A stretch of DNA of 64,000 nt, taken from NCBI GenBank assembly GCA_013265495.1, contig MU057503.1:186001-250000 (forward strand). The letters are read 5' to 3'. This document shows positions 50,080-64,000 of this stretch, piece by piece. A program made the translations under genes and the position numbers. Under the pieces are notes generated by a model that worked only from the letters and a program-made list of their open reading frames with translations, was not told where the DNA came from and made no database searches. Position 1 is the stretch's first letter; each line of letters opens with the position of its first letter. The stretch comes from Vicugna vicugna (lineage: Eukaryota).

Positions 50080-50900
50080 AATGATTCTAATTTTAACATA
50101 TATCTGGATTATAAATATGTAAGAATAGCCAAAATAACTGGAAAGGAAAAAAAAAGGATTAATATCACAACCTGTTATAAAGATATAAGAATTCAAAACA
50201 GCATGCATGGTACTGACCTAAGAATATATCTACAAATCAGTGGAATAGAAAAGAAATAGATCTTTAAATGTAAAAGAATTTAATGTGATCAGAAAGCGTT
50301 CTACACTAATGGAGAATGGGCAGGTTGTCCAGGAAATGTTGTTGGAAAAATTGGATTGGTATTAAAAACTTCTCTTTAAAACTTCAAATTAAATTCTTCA
50401 TTGTCAGGCATATAAAAATTAAAAGGCAAATAAACAAGGAAAAATTGACAAATGTAGAGCAAATACTCTTAATATATCAAGTTCATTGAAATTTCTCATT
50501 TCAGTGAGAAATTTTTTTAAGACAGAAAAGTGGGTAAATGATGCAGCTAGGCAAGAAAAATAAAAGAAACATTTTAAATGTTCAAATTCACTACTAACTA
50601 GAAACATGTAAATTAAAACTTTAAAAAACTCCATCCACTACCCCCCACTTCAGTCTTCCTGGGAAAAATTAAGTGATGATATCTATTCTTGTAAGAATTC
50701 TGTTTGCGTGGTTGGAGTATTAGTCCAACTTTACTCAAAAAGAGTTTGCCATATTTATCAGTAAGATTTAAAACATTTATTTCAGTAATCACAAGAAATG
50801 TACACTGTAGGGTAATAGTGAAATATTGAAGACACTGAATATCCAAAATTGCAGTGTAGTATGTTCTCTTCTATATAAAAATGTATGTCCACAGGCAAAG
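50080..50900 (+). mobile_element. Very old L1 ORF2 remnant
   Basis: 'taaaattcatgtgg', 'aaatcagtggaatagaa', 'tgttcaaattcactactaactagaaac'. Confidence 0.5.
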
Positions 50901-53900
50901 GAGGGAAATGAAATATCCTTCTATAACCCGGTTTGTATTTTACATGGTATCTCTTAATTTAATTTATCAAAAGTAATTTTTTCATAGGTGGTAAAATATT
51001 ACTTGTGTTTCTACCAGTTGCAGGTGGCTCCCACATTTATTGTAAGAGAATTTAGTTCTAAGTATAACAGGTGTTTATAGTTAGTGGTAGGTCCTGAGAG
51101 AGATTTTGAACGTTGATATAGACTGTATTGAACATAGACTGTATTTTGACAAGAGTCACCATATTAGTATATGTGGTGTGGTGCTTCTATTTTTGTCTTA
51201 TTTCCATCTCATAGTAAAAATATGACAGTGCAGTCTGATCTCAAAATCCCTGACTGCAGAAAATACTGAGAGAAATTGGATTTTTTTCAAGTTTAGGACA
51301 TGATTAAACTAATGATTCCTCTCCTGTGACTACATTATATTTTTACCTATGTATATTTGTCTGTTTTAGACACTGAAATAGTCCTTTCACATTAGGAAAT
51401 TTTAATAGCAAATAGCTACTGATACCACCTTACTTGAAAGTAGAACTTACCTTTCTTAGCAAGGAACAAAATGTAAACATTTATAAAATGAAGAGTTTTA
51501 TTTTTAAACTTTGAAAGACTTGAGTTAATATTATCATATTTACCTAAATAATTATTTCACATAAAATTTATTTCTTGACTTTCTATTCACCTTGTGGAAA
51601 TAAGTAGCTGCTTAAGACTTCAGATGAAAATAGCACAGTGTCTTAATTAAAAGTATGTAAAATAGAAAATGACCTTTTTAGATTAAGTACATTTTTGAAA
51701 CTTCATATATGTGGAGATACACTCCAAGTATAAAGTATATATTAAAATCAGTTTAGATTTTACATAAAATTATAAGTTTAGATGGCATTTATTTACAAAT
51801 TCAAGACTTAAACTGATACATTACTAAGATATATAATTTTCATTTCCAGAAATAAGACTGTTAGTCATAAAAATAATAAAGTATACTTGAAATTATTTTA
51901 AATTCAATAAAGTTTTTATTAAAGCTAATATTATGAAGAATCAGATGTCAGAGTATTGTTTGTTTATCCTGTGTAGTAATTTTACCTGTTAATCCATACA
52001 GTATTTGTTTTGGCCTCGGTTATAATTTAAGTGTATTTTTAATATGTGTCAAAACTTTTCTTTCTACTCCCTACATTCTTCTTCTGTCTTGCTACATTTG
52101 CTTTGATATAATACTGCTTTTTAAAAATCTTCTTAATATATTTATTTTCTCAACTCTTGGCATTCCACATCAGAGCACATTCTATTTTTCTGTTAATTCA
52201 TTTAAAGCTCTTTTATTTAAAATGGAGATGACTTCCTGTAAGAGAGTAAGTGATGAAAAGGAACTGAATTTTGGAGACTGCCAGAGCTAGCTAGCCATCT
52301 GGCTTTTGACAAGTTACTTGCCGAAAGCTTCATTTCATTAACTGTAAAGTGAGCATAATTATAGTTTGAGGATTAAATTATATATTTATAATGTTTATAA
52401 TGTCAAATGTAAGTGCCAATTGAAAAGTCAATTTCAAATTTTTATAGAAAGACAAGTCAATTTGACTAAAGGAATGTTATATTTTTAATGCATACTCATT
52501 TAAGATGATAGAATTAATCTGATATAGCATTAACATTCCCATTAAGATTACTGGCAAATTTATTTTTTTTTCAAAGTAGCATAACCTCATAGGATGAGGG
52601 CTAGCCTACAGTCTTTAGGGGGAAAAAATAGCAGAAATAGTCATGATCGATAGAATAGAGGCTTGCTTTAGGGGCTAGGTTTCCATGTACTTTGTCAAAA
52701 TGTTTGAAGAGCTGCTGGTTTTGGTATTTTCCATGACAAACTTTATTTAATTGAAAGAACACATAAGATGTGGATTGTAAGTGACCAATGAAGATGATAA
52801 AAATATGTTTAACTTACCAATTTTCATTATTATCATTGAGCATCTAGACTATATCAGTCTTTGTGCAAGATTTATACTTATCTTGTCACTTAAAATGTAG
52901 ATATTCTTTAAGGATTCAGATCTTACAAGACAAAGCCAAATGCTGCTTTTGCAAATAAGACTTTTGTTCATTCTCTCAGTAAATAGAAATCCATATCCCA
53001 GCGAACTCCATCCTGTTGCCATAAAGAAGAGTAGCGCTTCCAGCTTTCATTTGTGTTATGTGTGGGGTATAGAGATATCTGAATATATACTTACGGAATA
53101 AGCGTGTAAATGTGCTTTCAGTCCTTTCACTTGGGTGAATGTCGGTGTGGATGTGGAGGTGTATGTATACAAGAGCATGCATTTGGGTATACTTTCCTTC
53201 TGTATTCTGACTTAATGTTTTATTATAATTTTATACCCAATACATATGGGTTTTTTTAATGTACAGAAAATGTAGGCCTTGTATTTTTGTAATACAGAGT
53301 AGACCTTGATTTTTAAGCAGTTCTTAAAGGGATTAAAAGAAAAATAAGATTCAGCTTTTTGTTACATGTCTTCGAAGTTAGGTTCAAGAATCCAGTCACT
53401 GAGTGAATATATATTGAGTTGCTATTAGACGCTTTGCACACTTTATTAGTTCTGGTAATATACAGTAAAATGTGAACTATAAGGCTAGTGATCTACAAAA
53501 TCCAAAATATGCTTGAGCTCTTTTTTTTAAAGTTTGAAACAAGTAAACAGCTACAAGTCTATGAATTGATCAAGGTTACACTTATTTGGGCTTTGTTATT
53601 TTTGCTTAATTTGGGGGTGGATTGTTTTTTGAGTCTGGGAGTTGGTCTTTTATTTGTGATGGAGGGGGTGTATTCTTAAAAAATGGAAAAATATTGATGG
53701 GATAGAATTGTGTGTGTAATATTTGATTGATATGGTTTTGTGTTTTACCTGTTTGGTTTGCTGGTGGGGGTGGATGTTACTAAACGCTTTGTTAGAACAG
53801 GTGTTAGTACAGTTCACTTAAATTGTTGTAATAATAAAGTGAGAGGGTAGAAGCTACAATAGAAAGTATTTGAAATTATAAGTAAAAAGTATTTTTGAAA

Positions 53901-54895
53901 AATAATACCAGGTATAAACTGTAGCCAGTTGAGGTTTTTTAAGAGTTACTGATTTATCATGTTTATTTGTAAAGCATATTCTTTTATTTACATCATTATT
54001 TGCTTTTAGCAAATGACCTTGACTCTTGTTCAGGTTTGTTCTAAGGAGTAAAAAAAATAGTGATCGAAAGTATGCTTTTGAATTATATCCAAAGTATCCA
54101 TCCTAGATATCTTGTAAGATAACCTATTAAAAATTGGGGAAGAATCCATCCTTTTCCACAAAATCAAGAGGGATCTAACTTTCTGACTTCTCTTACTTCT
54201 TTCTGAATTTATCCTGATTCTCTAAGGTTGAATATTTTGTAGTCTTTTTAAGATTAATATTTATTATACTCATAGTATAAACTATCCTGAGGTTATATTT
54301 ATCTAATGAAATAAACTACATTAATCTAACAAACTAGAAGAAAGAAAAGCCAAATAATACTGGAATGTACTTGCTTAGAATCACTTCATTTTTGCATCCC
54401 ATCCACCAAAGCTGTTTTCTGCATTTGAATACTAGATTTTGCTGGTCTAGAATACGACAGATAGAATCTTCAGTGCATCAGAAAAGTGATGTCACAGAGG
54501 CCTTGGAAATCTGCTCTTACCTGTAAAGCACAACTCTCACTGTTTCTACTGTTCTCATTCTTATTACAGTAGCAGGATGTAAAAGGGACATGAATGAGAT
54601 GACTTATTGTTGCGGGTGGTGTTTAAAATCTGAATGTTTTAAATTTGATGGAACAATGAAGAATGGAGCAAGCTGTGAAGCAGCTCCAGTTAATCAAGGG
54701 CAGAAAGACGTAATGTGGTTTGTATTGGTTAGTGTGGTATATGATGCAGAGATTTAGTTGACTGAATGAGAAGTACTTTAATTAAGGGGATTATTTTCAT
54801 TTAGGTTCCTGTTAAAAGTACCTGAGTTAGGTAGTTAGTCTTTTTTTTATAAAGCCCTTATCTCAAATAGGTTTAAAATGCTCTGTTCATTTTAA

Positions 54896-55141
<246 letters not shown>

Positions 55142-55738
55142 TAATTCAAGGGGAGTAGAGTTGAGTTTTACATGTCAAAACATGAGTATCGTGTGTTTTG
55201 AGAGTTTCTGTTTTCATGGAAGATTTAAGCAAACACATTTGACTCATGCATTCTAGTACTGGTGGAAGAATATCTTACCATGATCCTCTATTAGGTGACA
55301 TGTGACTGATTACCGCACAGTAGAAGGCTAAATATAAGTTCATGCAAAAATATAATTCCAAGCAGAACCTAGGCTCTCTGAGAAAAAGAAAAAGCTAGTG
55401 AGATTTCTCGTTTATATGAAGTCTCTTGCTTTTTTTGGACATTGATGGGAACGGTAGAGACTCCTATTTTATGGTCACCAGTGTTCTAACTCTAAATAAA
55501 ATTGTTTTTACCTTAATATGAAATTAAGATTTAAAAAATAAGACAATTTTATGAACCTTTTGTACACATATTTTAACAAGCTCTTTCGCTTAATGTCCTT
55601 TCAATTTCAGGATGTAAGAGATCACTGCCCTTTTTTCCCTTTGTTTCTCCATGGAGCTTCCCTTTCCTTCCTGCTCTGTTTGTACCCTCTTCCAGCCTAA
55701 CTTGTGAAATATTTATGTCTTTGATTGATTTTGAAGTG

Positions 55739-55770
55739 TATATATATATATATATATATCTATGTGTGTA

Positions 55771-55801
<31 letters not shown>

Positions 55802-55820
55802 GTATATATGTATATATATA
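55739..55820. repeat. (TA)n/(TG)n compound microsatellite
   Basis: Read directly from the sequence. Confidence 0.95.
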
Positions 55821-58659
55821 TTTGATTGATTTTGAGATCTATATATACTTTAATATCACTGTCATTGTGTATAATATTAGAGCTGGTTATTTCATTTCCC
55901 TTTTACAAATAAAATTCTGTATTTCAGAAAGCCCCAAGTCATATACTCTTTTGATAATTTGAATTTTAAGCATCTTTTGTTAAGTCTTTTTTTTTTGTAT
56001 TTCTGAATTTTTATTTTTAAATCTGCAATATCCTGTTCTCTATTCATATTTTAATACTGAATCTCCTGTGCCCAAGAGGCACCCTCCAAAGGTATAGATT
56101 AAATAACAGTATGAATTGAAAAGGACATTATTGTGAATCTTTTTGACTATCTGAGAAAAGTATAGGTCTCTTTACCATTACAAAGTTCTAAATAAATCCT
56201 TTTTACATTGTCACTAATCCTTTATTTTCTAAATTAACCATTGTTTTATAGCATTCTTGAAAAATTAGAATTAAACTGTTTTAACTCTCTAAACCAGTTT
56301 TGTTTTTTTTTTTTAGAAAAATACAAGAGTGCATAATTGATTGATTCCTGATGTCTTGGTTTAGAGTTGAGCCAGTCAAGGAAATAGCCTGTCTGCTCAA
56401 GCAGATACTGTGTAGGTTAATAAACTATTCCTTTAAACCTTCTTTGACGATTAATATTGTTTATACTTGAATGTGAATTACTTTTTTCAGGAATTTTTTT
56501 TCCTAGGATCTTAGCACTAGTTAAATAAAGAATTTTTAAAATAATTTATCTTTATTTTTCTGGAAGAGGAGAAAGGGAACTCATCTGAGAAGAGCAATCC
56601 AAAGCATGTTGTTATCCTGATAGTTATTTTGATAACAGAGTTAACTGCATGGTTGCTGAGCTTTCAGAGTTAGGGACGGGGCAGACAAATTGTAATTTTG
56701 TTTGGATATCTGTTGGACTACCCTACCTAAGCACTGAAAAATCATCTTTAGCACCATCTCTGGAAAATGGTTTATGTAACTGATGGTTACATCAGTATCA
56801 GAAAACTCTTTCTCATATCATCAACTCATATTAATTGTTACATAACTGCTTATCCTTTCACTGCCAAAATCACTCTCATCTGGAGTCTTAATATAGCTTG
56901 AGGGCTTTTGGGTTTTGTTTTTGTTTTGTTTTTAATATTCTAGTATGGAAAACCAATCTTGGTGTTTTTTCATAAGGATTAAGAATAGGATTTTCATAAG
57001 AATTTTGATAGCATAAGCATAAGAAATTTGAGTCTGTTAGAGGAGAACAAGGGTTAGTGTTCATGCAAGGCTCTGGCTTACATTCAGACTACATTCCGTC
57101 TAAGGCAATATTACATTCTAGTTTCCTGTGCCTTTGTTATACTCTGTTTCATATTTTGTCTCCATATGGTTAACTCAGTTTCTGGAAAATGAGTATTAAA
57201 ATGAAATCTTCTCATCAGCTATGTTGAGCTAGCTTTGGCATTTGTTGGAACTTACTTGTGTATGTTTAAGGTATCAGAAATTTTATTTTATTAGTTTTTG
57301 CTTCTTTTCAAAGCAATTTTATTACAATAAATTGGTAGATCTAATGCTGACCTTCTCTTTTAATATATTTCACTTTTTTACATGTTTCATTTCAACTGAG
57401 AAATAGCCACGAGGGTGAAGTTTGTTAGGGTGATAGTTTGTAATTTTCTGATAATATTTTATAAAGTATTATCAGCAATAGATACTATTTTACATCTGTA
57501 ACTTGGTTGGGAATTGTGATTTCTCTAAAATAAAGCTCCAGTCAGGTTGGGGAAGAGAAAAAATGAGTTTTAATTTTTGTTGCTTTTGACTTTAAATCCA
57601 AATTCAGAATTTAAAAAGCTAATGTAGCTTCAGTTTTATTTTTCTTAAAGCTTCTATAATATTTAATTGCTTTAGATGTCAGCTCTCAAGCTGAAAATTC
57701 ACCATAAGAAGAAATACAGTGGTGGCAGTAGCCAATATTTTTCTGTCTCATGAACACCATGTAAGTTCTTGGGTCCACAGATGAAGAGAGTAAAAAAATA
57801 CCTAATAGAGTAGTTTTAAATAATTTTTAAATATTCCCTTAATTATATGCTTTTTTAAAGTTTCCTTGTAACTTCTATGAAGCTGAAGACAATTCATGAG
57901 CTTCAGAAAATATTATAAAATGACATTTCTGCTGATAATTTGAATTGTAATATATGTTATTAATTCAATAATCCTAAAAAATGTGAATGGGCATTAATAC
58001 ATCAAGCAGTATAATTATTGACATAGTGTTAAAAAATATGGATGTGAAAAGCATATCTGTTTTTTTCTGTGTGAGAATGGATTATGCTTAACCCATCAGT
58101 AGCCTTGAAATAGTGAAATCTTCTGATCACTTGTAGTTAAAAACTAAGCAGCACCAATCTGAGTGTGATTTAATATTATTATTGTTATTACTCAGTTTCA
58201 TTATATTGGTATTCAAGATTTTCTCTGATTTAATGGTATGAGTGAGTATTAAATTTTTCTGATAAGTGTAGTGCTGCCATATCGTTTCAGTTTATCAAGT
58301 TAATGTTTATTGAATGTCAAACATGTGAGATATTTTAAGACAGAGATCCTGACTTAATGAAAATTACAGTCTTGATACTGTGATTTTCAAACTTTTTGCT
58401 ATTTAGCATGAAAATCTTTTTTTAATTATTACTATGATAAGTTTAATTGTATGTCAATATTTAAACAGATGTAGTGAAGTTTCTTTGGTTGGGTGAAGTG
58501 CCCAGAGTCCCATCTGCTTTCTTCTACTTTCTTAAATGGTCCCAGAAGCATTCTCTTGGACTCCCAGGACTCTGAGGAACAGTTTAAAAACTGTGTTCTG
58601 GCTAGAAAAAAGAAAAGAACACATCAAAAATTGACAATATAAGTTAGGATTACAGACTA

Positions 58660-58860
58660 TGGAGTTACAGTACCTGAATTGAAAACATGTCTCTCCTAAT
58701 TAACTTGCTACCCAGTATAGGTTATTTCTACAACTCATTTTTTTCCTCAAATGAGGAAAACAATAGTACCCATCTCTTAAGAGTTTTGTGGGGATTAAGT
58801 GAGTTGATGGATATAAAGCTGTTAGGATAGTGACTGGCACATCATAAATGAATAGGTATT
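58660..58860 (+). mobile_element. MIR SINE
   Basis: 'aatagtacccatctc', 'tgtggggattaagtgagttga', 'agtgactggcacat'. Confidence 0.65.
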
Positions 58861-59083
58861 GGGTTGATACTAGTTTGGTTTTTTTTTAATTGAAGGAATT
58901 AAAAAGAGTGACTCTGAGAAAATTGTACCATCTATATCCCCTGAATTTGTTCTCCTTCCTACAAGTCTTTCTCCACTTTGGCTACACCTAGTGAATGAAG
59001 AAAGAATTGGATGTACTTTTTTTAAAATGTACTTTTAATGCTTTTTAAGTTAGTATCATTGCAATAATAGTGTTTATCATCGA

Positions 59084-59265
59084 CTCCATTTCTGAACTAC
59101 ATTAGTTTAGCTCTCCTGGGCAAACTGATAGGCAAGGGATTTAACAACATAGAACTGTTCATGAATAATCAATCAGCAGGTAATTTAAATTCTTGAGTTC
59201 AGGTTATCCCTGATCTCAGCCTCCTGAGTAGTTATGATTACAAGCTTGCACCACTGTGTCCCAGT
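59084..59265 (-). pseudogene. Degenerate 7SL (SRP RNA) retrocopy
   Basis: 'ctcagcctcctgagtagttatgattacaagcttgcaccactgtgtcccag' resembles the reverse complement of the 7SL 5' end. 'ctccatttctgaact...ctcctgggcaaactg' resembles the S-domain, in the right order. Confidence 0.75.
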
Positions 59266-62200
59266 GGTACAAACAAGTTACACAATAGCTTTCTAGTGCC
59301 CTAAATGTATTAGACCATTGAGAGAATGCCTGGTATTTTAAATTTGCATTAGTGGAGGTAATTTTAATTAGCATTAGTTGAGTAGATTTCAGGAGCACTC
59401 CAACCCTTGTCTTTTTCATTGTCAAGGCCTAGGAGGCTCATGATTGGCTTCCTGGAATAAGCAACTCTTCAGATAAGATTTGAAGCAGGGAAGTGATATG
59501 ATCTTTTCCACTGGAAAGCAGCATGGCATAAGATGGTTGTTTTCAAACTCTTGGAAGTAATAGGGCTCCTTAAACAGACTCTAGGAAGTCATTGAAAAAC
59601 ATCATTGTAATCAAGAACCTGTTATCCCTGTCATACAATGTAAAATCAATTGCAATTCCAAGCATTCTTGAAGTCAACTTTTTCCTATGATCTGTTGGGT
59701 TAGGGGAAAAAAATATTCAGTAAATTGAGAGGAATATTATATAGAAAGTTGAAAGGGTTTTTTTTTTTAAGACTTTAAAAGAATGAGTAATACTACACAG
59801 AAATAACACTCTTTTAAGAAACTAGATTCTCATAATGTAAAACAGTGAAAAAGTCATTACTAAAGCTATTATTTCTATGTTGTAGTACTTCATAACTTTG
59901 ACTATGACTATAATGCTTTTCCCCTCTCACCGTGAGACTTTTTTTTTTGCATTTATTGGAACAAATTTTTGGAAACCCAGTTTAACACGAAGCTTTCTAA
60001 TTTTATTCAAACTAACCGGACTTACAGTTGAATAAAAGAAACACCTAACTCCTGAGACAAGAATTTTTTTAAATAGTTTAGGATTTCAAAGAAAATGACG
60101 ACTTCGAATAAACTGAGAATGTGGCTGATTAAAAATTCCAGTACTAGCTCACACAGGCACCTCTTCTCTGTGTGGCCCGCTGTTGTCTGTAGCAGCATAG
60201 CTATTAAATGTTTCCTTGTTCTTAAAAAAAAAGAAAGAATTTCAGTACTATTCCTAGGGCAGATTTTTATCTACCCAGGCAGTTAAACTCAGTTATTTGA
60301 GTTCCCTTCATATTATGTGCCAAAAATTACATGGCAGACTAACATCAGAAGTATGTTTAATTGTCTATCAAATGACAACTCAATCAGGTCTTTCCATTTT
60401 GATATAGATAAAGAAATGGAAACTACCTAACTTGTATTAGAACCATTCACTTTCTCAACACAGGCACCAATGTTTTTATTTCTCCCTTGTTTGAACTGGG
60501 GGAAGGGAGAAGAATTTCTTTCCTTTAGAAAGGGGGCTGGGAAAAGAGAATCTGAATTCTCAAGCAGATTATTTTGGGAAAAGAGTATATGAAGTGTAGT
60601 TCTGTATTTAGTTTTTGTAACTGGAGCAGAAATGGTATCTCTGCAAGAATACCTTGCACCTATGTAACTTGGCTAGTAATGATTTCTTGTCATGAAAATA
60701 TGCCTTTCTTAACCAAAAAATCATACTTGTCTGCTCTTCACATTCTTTCAAATTAATATACAAATTTCTCTAGGATTAATGTTTCTATTTCTGAATTAAT
60801 AAAAACTTTCTAATGTTTTGTCTGTCCCTAAGTCTATAATAAGAATGACATGAGTACAGTTACAGGGAAAAAGAAGGGTATTTCTAGGAGCTGTAAATAG
60901 TTACATCTGATTTTAATACAGAATTGTTTTACATTATACTCACTAGGTAGAATTCTTGCAGTGCTCACATATATAGCAGCAGTTACTAACATAATCAGAC
61001 TGAAGTATCTTGTACTGACTTTAATAATTCAAAGGATTTTTATTTGTAATTGAAAGAAAAACCTAAGAAATTTTCATTTTTGATGTATAATGGTAACTAC
61101 AAATTTGCCCCCTCTAAAAAGACAAAAAAAAAGAAAGAAAATGGTTTCAGACTTACTTCTGTTATCTCAAAATCAAAAATAGTTCATCTTTTTGGTGTCA
61201 AAATCTTTTCTAAGATACATTTTCCTCCTTTGTTAAAGGTATACATGTCATTCAACACATGATTAGGATATTCTGAAGTATGTCAGGCTTATATTCTAAA
61301 TTTTATAAATTGGTATTATTGAGTAGTGTTGCTAGAAAATATAAGATATTGGACTGATAGAGCTTTAAAAAGGGGAAAGCCATGCTAAATTCCTTCTAAA
61401 GGCTTGTTTGTTGTCTTTTGCCTATTTGTTCTTATGTACACATTTAAATTCTGGTCATTTGAGGCTATGCTGTATTTTCTACTAAATGGCCCTCATCTAT
61501 TGGATTTTTTTTCTTATAATGTCACAAAGATCATCTTTCTATTTTAGTTGGTGAGTAGGATTAGTTTGCGATGACGTATGTTATCAATGATCAACTTCAT
61601 TAGTGTTGTCACTTTGCCAATAATGGATGCTTGGTTTAATATTTTTTAATATTATATATATTGAAACCAATAGCTAAGTGTTATCAATCACTTCTTTACC
61701 ATGATTTGTAAACTATACTGGGAGAGGGTCACTGAGTTGGTTACTGAAAACCATTGCTTAATTAATGAGATTTAAAGTAAATTACTAATTCTCATAAACT
61801 CATATTAAAATATTAACAGCCCAGTAGTGAACCTGCAGCCTCTGATAGTAACAGTACCCTTTTCTGCATAGTAAAGGCGGTTTTTCATATCACTGTCACT
61901 TTCTTAATTTTCTCTTCACTGAGATATTTGAGTTAGGGCATCGAGTATCCTTATTTCACTGATGAAGAAATTGAGGCAAGGAAAGTTTAAGTAACTTGTC
62001 CTTCACTGTAACAAATTAATAAATCAGTTAAAACTGGGCTATTATTCAAATACTCTGAGATAATGTATCTTTCAAAGTTATACTAATCAACTTGTAAAAA
62101 GTGCTTTTAAATGTTTTATTGTGGTCGAATATACATAACATATACCATTTTAACTATTTTTAAATTTACAATTCAGTGGTATTAAGTATACTCACATTGT

Positions 62201-62509
62201 TGTGCAACCATTAAAAATATTTTTGTGTTTATGCCAAATACATGGCCCCAATAATGCAAGCTGTAAAGTAGTATTACTGTTGTATAATCCAGTTTCCCTG
62301 GGAGATTATTTACACGCTTAACCAATTTGATGGTAAGTGTGTTCAAAATAGCTCAAGAACTCCTTTTGGTATTACTTTCATTCTTCTGAATGTCACTGAT
62401 AGTTTTCTTCCTTTGACGATGAAGTGTTATTAGAGCATTAACTACAAAATATTGTAGGTGCTCAGACTGGGTGATTTTTTTTCAGATAATAAATATACTT
62501 ATGAAGTCA

Positions 62510-64000
62510 TCCATTCATTTACTCAAAAAAATTATTGAGGGCCTAATAAGTGCCTTCAGTCTGATAAGCAGTAACTATACCATGGTGAACAAAACAGTTT
62601 CTATTTCTGTGGGTCATTGTCTAGTAGGGGAGACAGACATTAAGTAAATTGTGAATATAATAAGCATTATGAAGAGAAAAAATCATGGAGAGTGCTATGA
62701 GTATAACAAGAGCTGAGAGAGCACCTCATTTATACTGGATGTCATACTCCCCAGAAGTAACGTTTGAGCTGTAACCAAAGAGTAGGTGTTAGTTAGGCAG
62801 GTGGAAGTCAAATGGGGCAACAACATGTGCATACCCCCTGAGACAGGCATGTTTGAGGGACCAAAGCTGAGTAACCTTTGGCATGATGTTTGAAGAGGAG
62901 TGGGATAAAATAAGTCTGAAGAAGTAGGCAAAAGCAAGATCATGTAGGAGGAATTTGGATTTTAATATATTACAAAGGCATTGACGGTTCTAGGCTGCCA
63001 TCATCTCATCTGGCTTATTACAGTTACCTTCTAGCCAGTTTCTTACTCATGCCCTTAACTCCTGTGGTAATCCTCAAAAGAACAGCCAGAGCGGTATTTT
63101 TATACTTAAGGCTTTTTCCTGTTGCTCCTTGTCCATGTCACTAGATACCTTTTCTTTTCACTCAATGAAAGCTCGAGTCCTTAAAAGAGAATATAAGGAT
63201 CTGCATGATCTGGCCCATGCTCTCTTATTTCCTACCGCTTTCCTTCATGTTCACTTTGCTCCATCTTCACTAGGCCCGTCACATAGGCCATGAATGTTCC
63301 TGCCTCAGGGTCTCTGAACTTATAATTTCTTATGCCTGGAATGTTCTTTCTCCAAATATTTATATCCTTGCTTTCTCATTTCCTTTAGGTCTCTGTTGTC
63401 AATCAGATCCTTCCCTATCCACTCCATATACAATGGTAACCACCATCCCCCATTCCATGACCACTTGGCATTCTCTCTCTACATTTTTTTTTTAATTTTT
63501 TGTGTATCTGTTTGCCTCCCCCTATTCCCAACTCATGCTCCATGAGCACAGGGGCTTTGTTTTAGTCACTGCTATAGCCCATTACCTAGAACAGCATCTG
63601 GCAAGTAAGAAGGCATTCAAATTAATGAAAAGTGAAGAAAATCACAAGTGTGTGTCTAGTTTCCAGCTTGTATATCATAATGTTAACATAATGATAACAG
63701 TGGGAGGAGAGAGACAAGAAAAGTAGATTTGGGGCAGGGATAAGATTGAGTTAATTTTAGGCATATTCAGTTTGTTATGCCCATGAAACATTGAAGTGGA
63801 TATGTCGTAGGCAGATGGATATGCTAGCATGGAATATAGACCAGAGACCTAGGCTGGAAATAAAAATAAGACTGTTTGTAGATGGTACTTAAAATCAGGG
63901 AAATGACAGTATCTGTGAAGTGAGGGCATCTGTGAAAAAGAGATCCCAGGACTAAGCCTTATAATATAACATTTAAATGGAAGACAGACACTACTGTTGC
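62510..64000. mobile_element. L2 cluster: antisense L2 (about 62510-62990 and 63720-64000) around a sense L2 3' end (about 62995-63630)
   Basis: Antisense tail 'cattcatttactc...tattgag'. Sense phrases 'ctgcctcagggtctctg', 'tgcctggaatgttcttt', 'cctagaacag'. Confidence 0.7.

Noticed and set aside
51118..51145. Short direct repeat atagactgtatt x2
   Set aside because: A small slippage-type duplication with no sign of function.
59215..59265. Primate Alu or human contamination
   Set aside because: Similarity extends into the 7SL S domain, and there is no dimer structure or Alu A-rich linker.

Overview
Mammalian genomic DNA covering the 5' part of USP15 (ubiquitin-specific peptidase 15) on the + strand. 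It starts in intron 1, contains coding exons 2-8 (DUSP, UBL1, linker and the catalytic Cys box) and ends in intron 8. All seven exons have AG/GT boundaries and join in frame. Intron 6 also holds a candidate alternative terminal exon (RLLVQSC*) resembling the C-terminus of the short human isoform. The introns are mostly transposon fossils: a young 5'-truncated antisense L1 with an unbroken 662-codon ORF and a 12-bp target-site duplication (TSD), four tRNA-derived SINEs resembling camelid Vic-1, a nested L1/MaLR stack, an ERV solo LTR, DNA-transposon relics, L2/MIR and a decayed 7SL retrocopy. A camelid source is inferred from the SINEs. Exon and residue numbering and repeat family names come from recall, not database searches. 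I found no convincing new multi-gene system. The best leads are splicing-level features and the L1 whose start codon comes from its own TSD.
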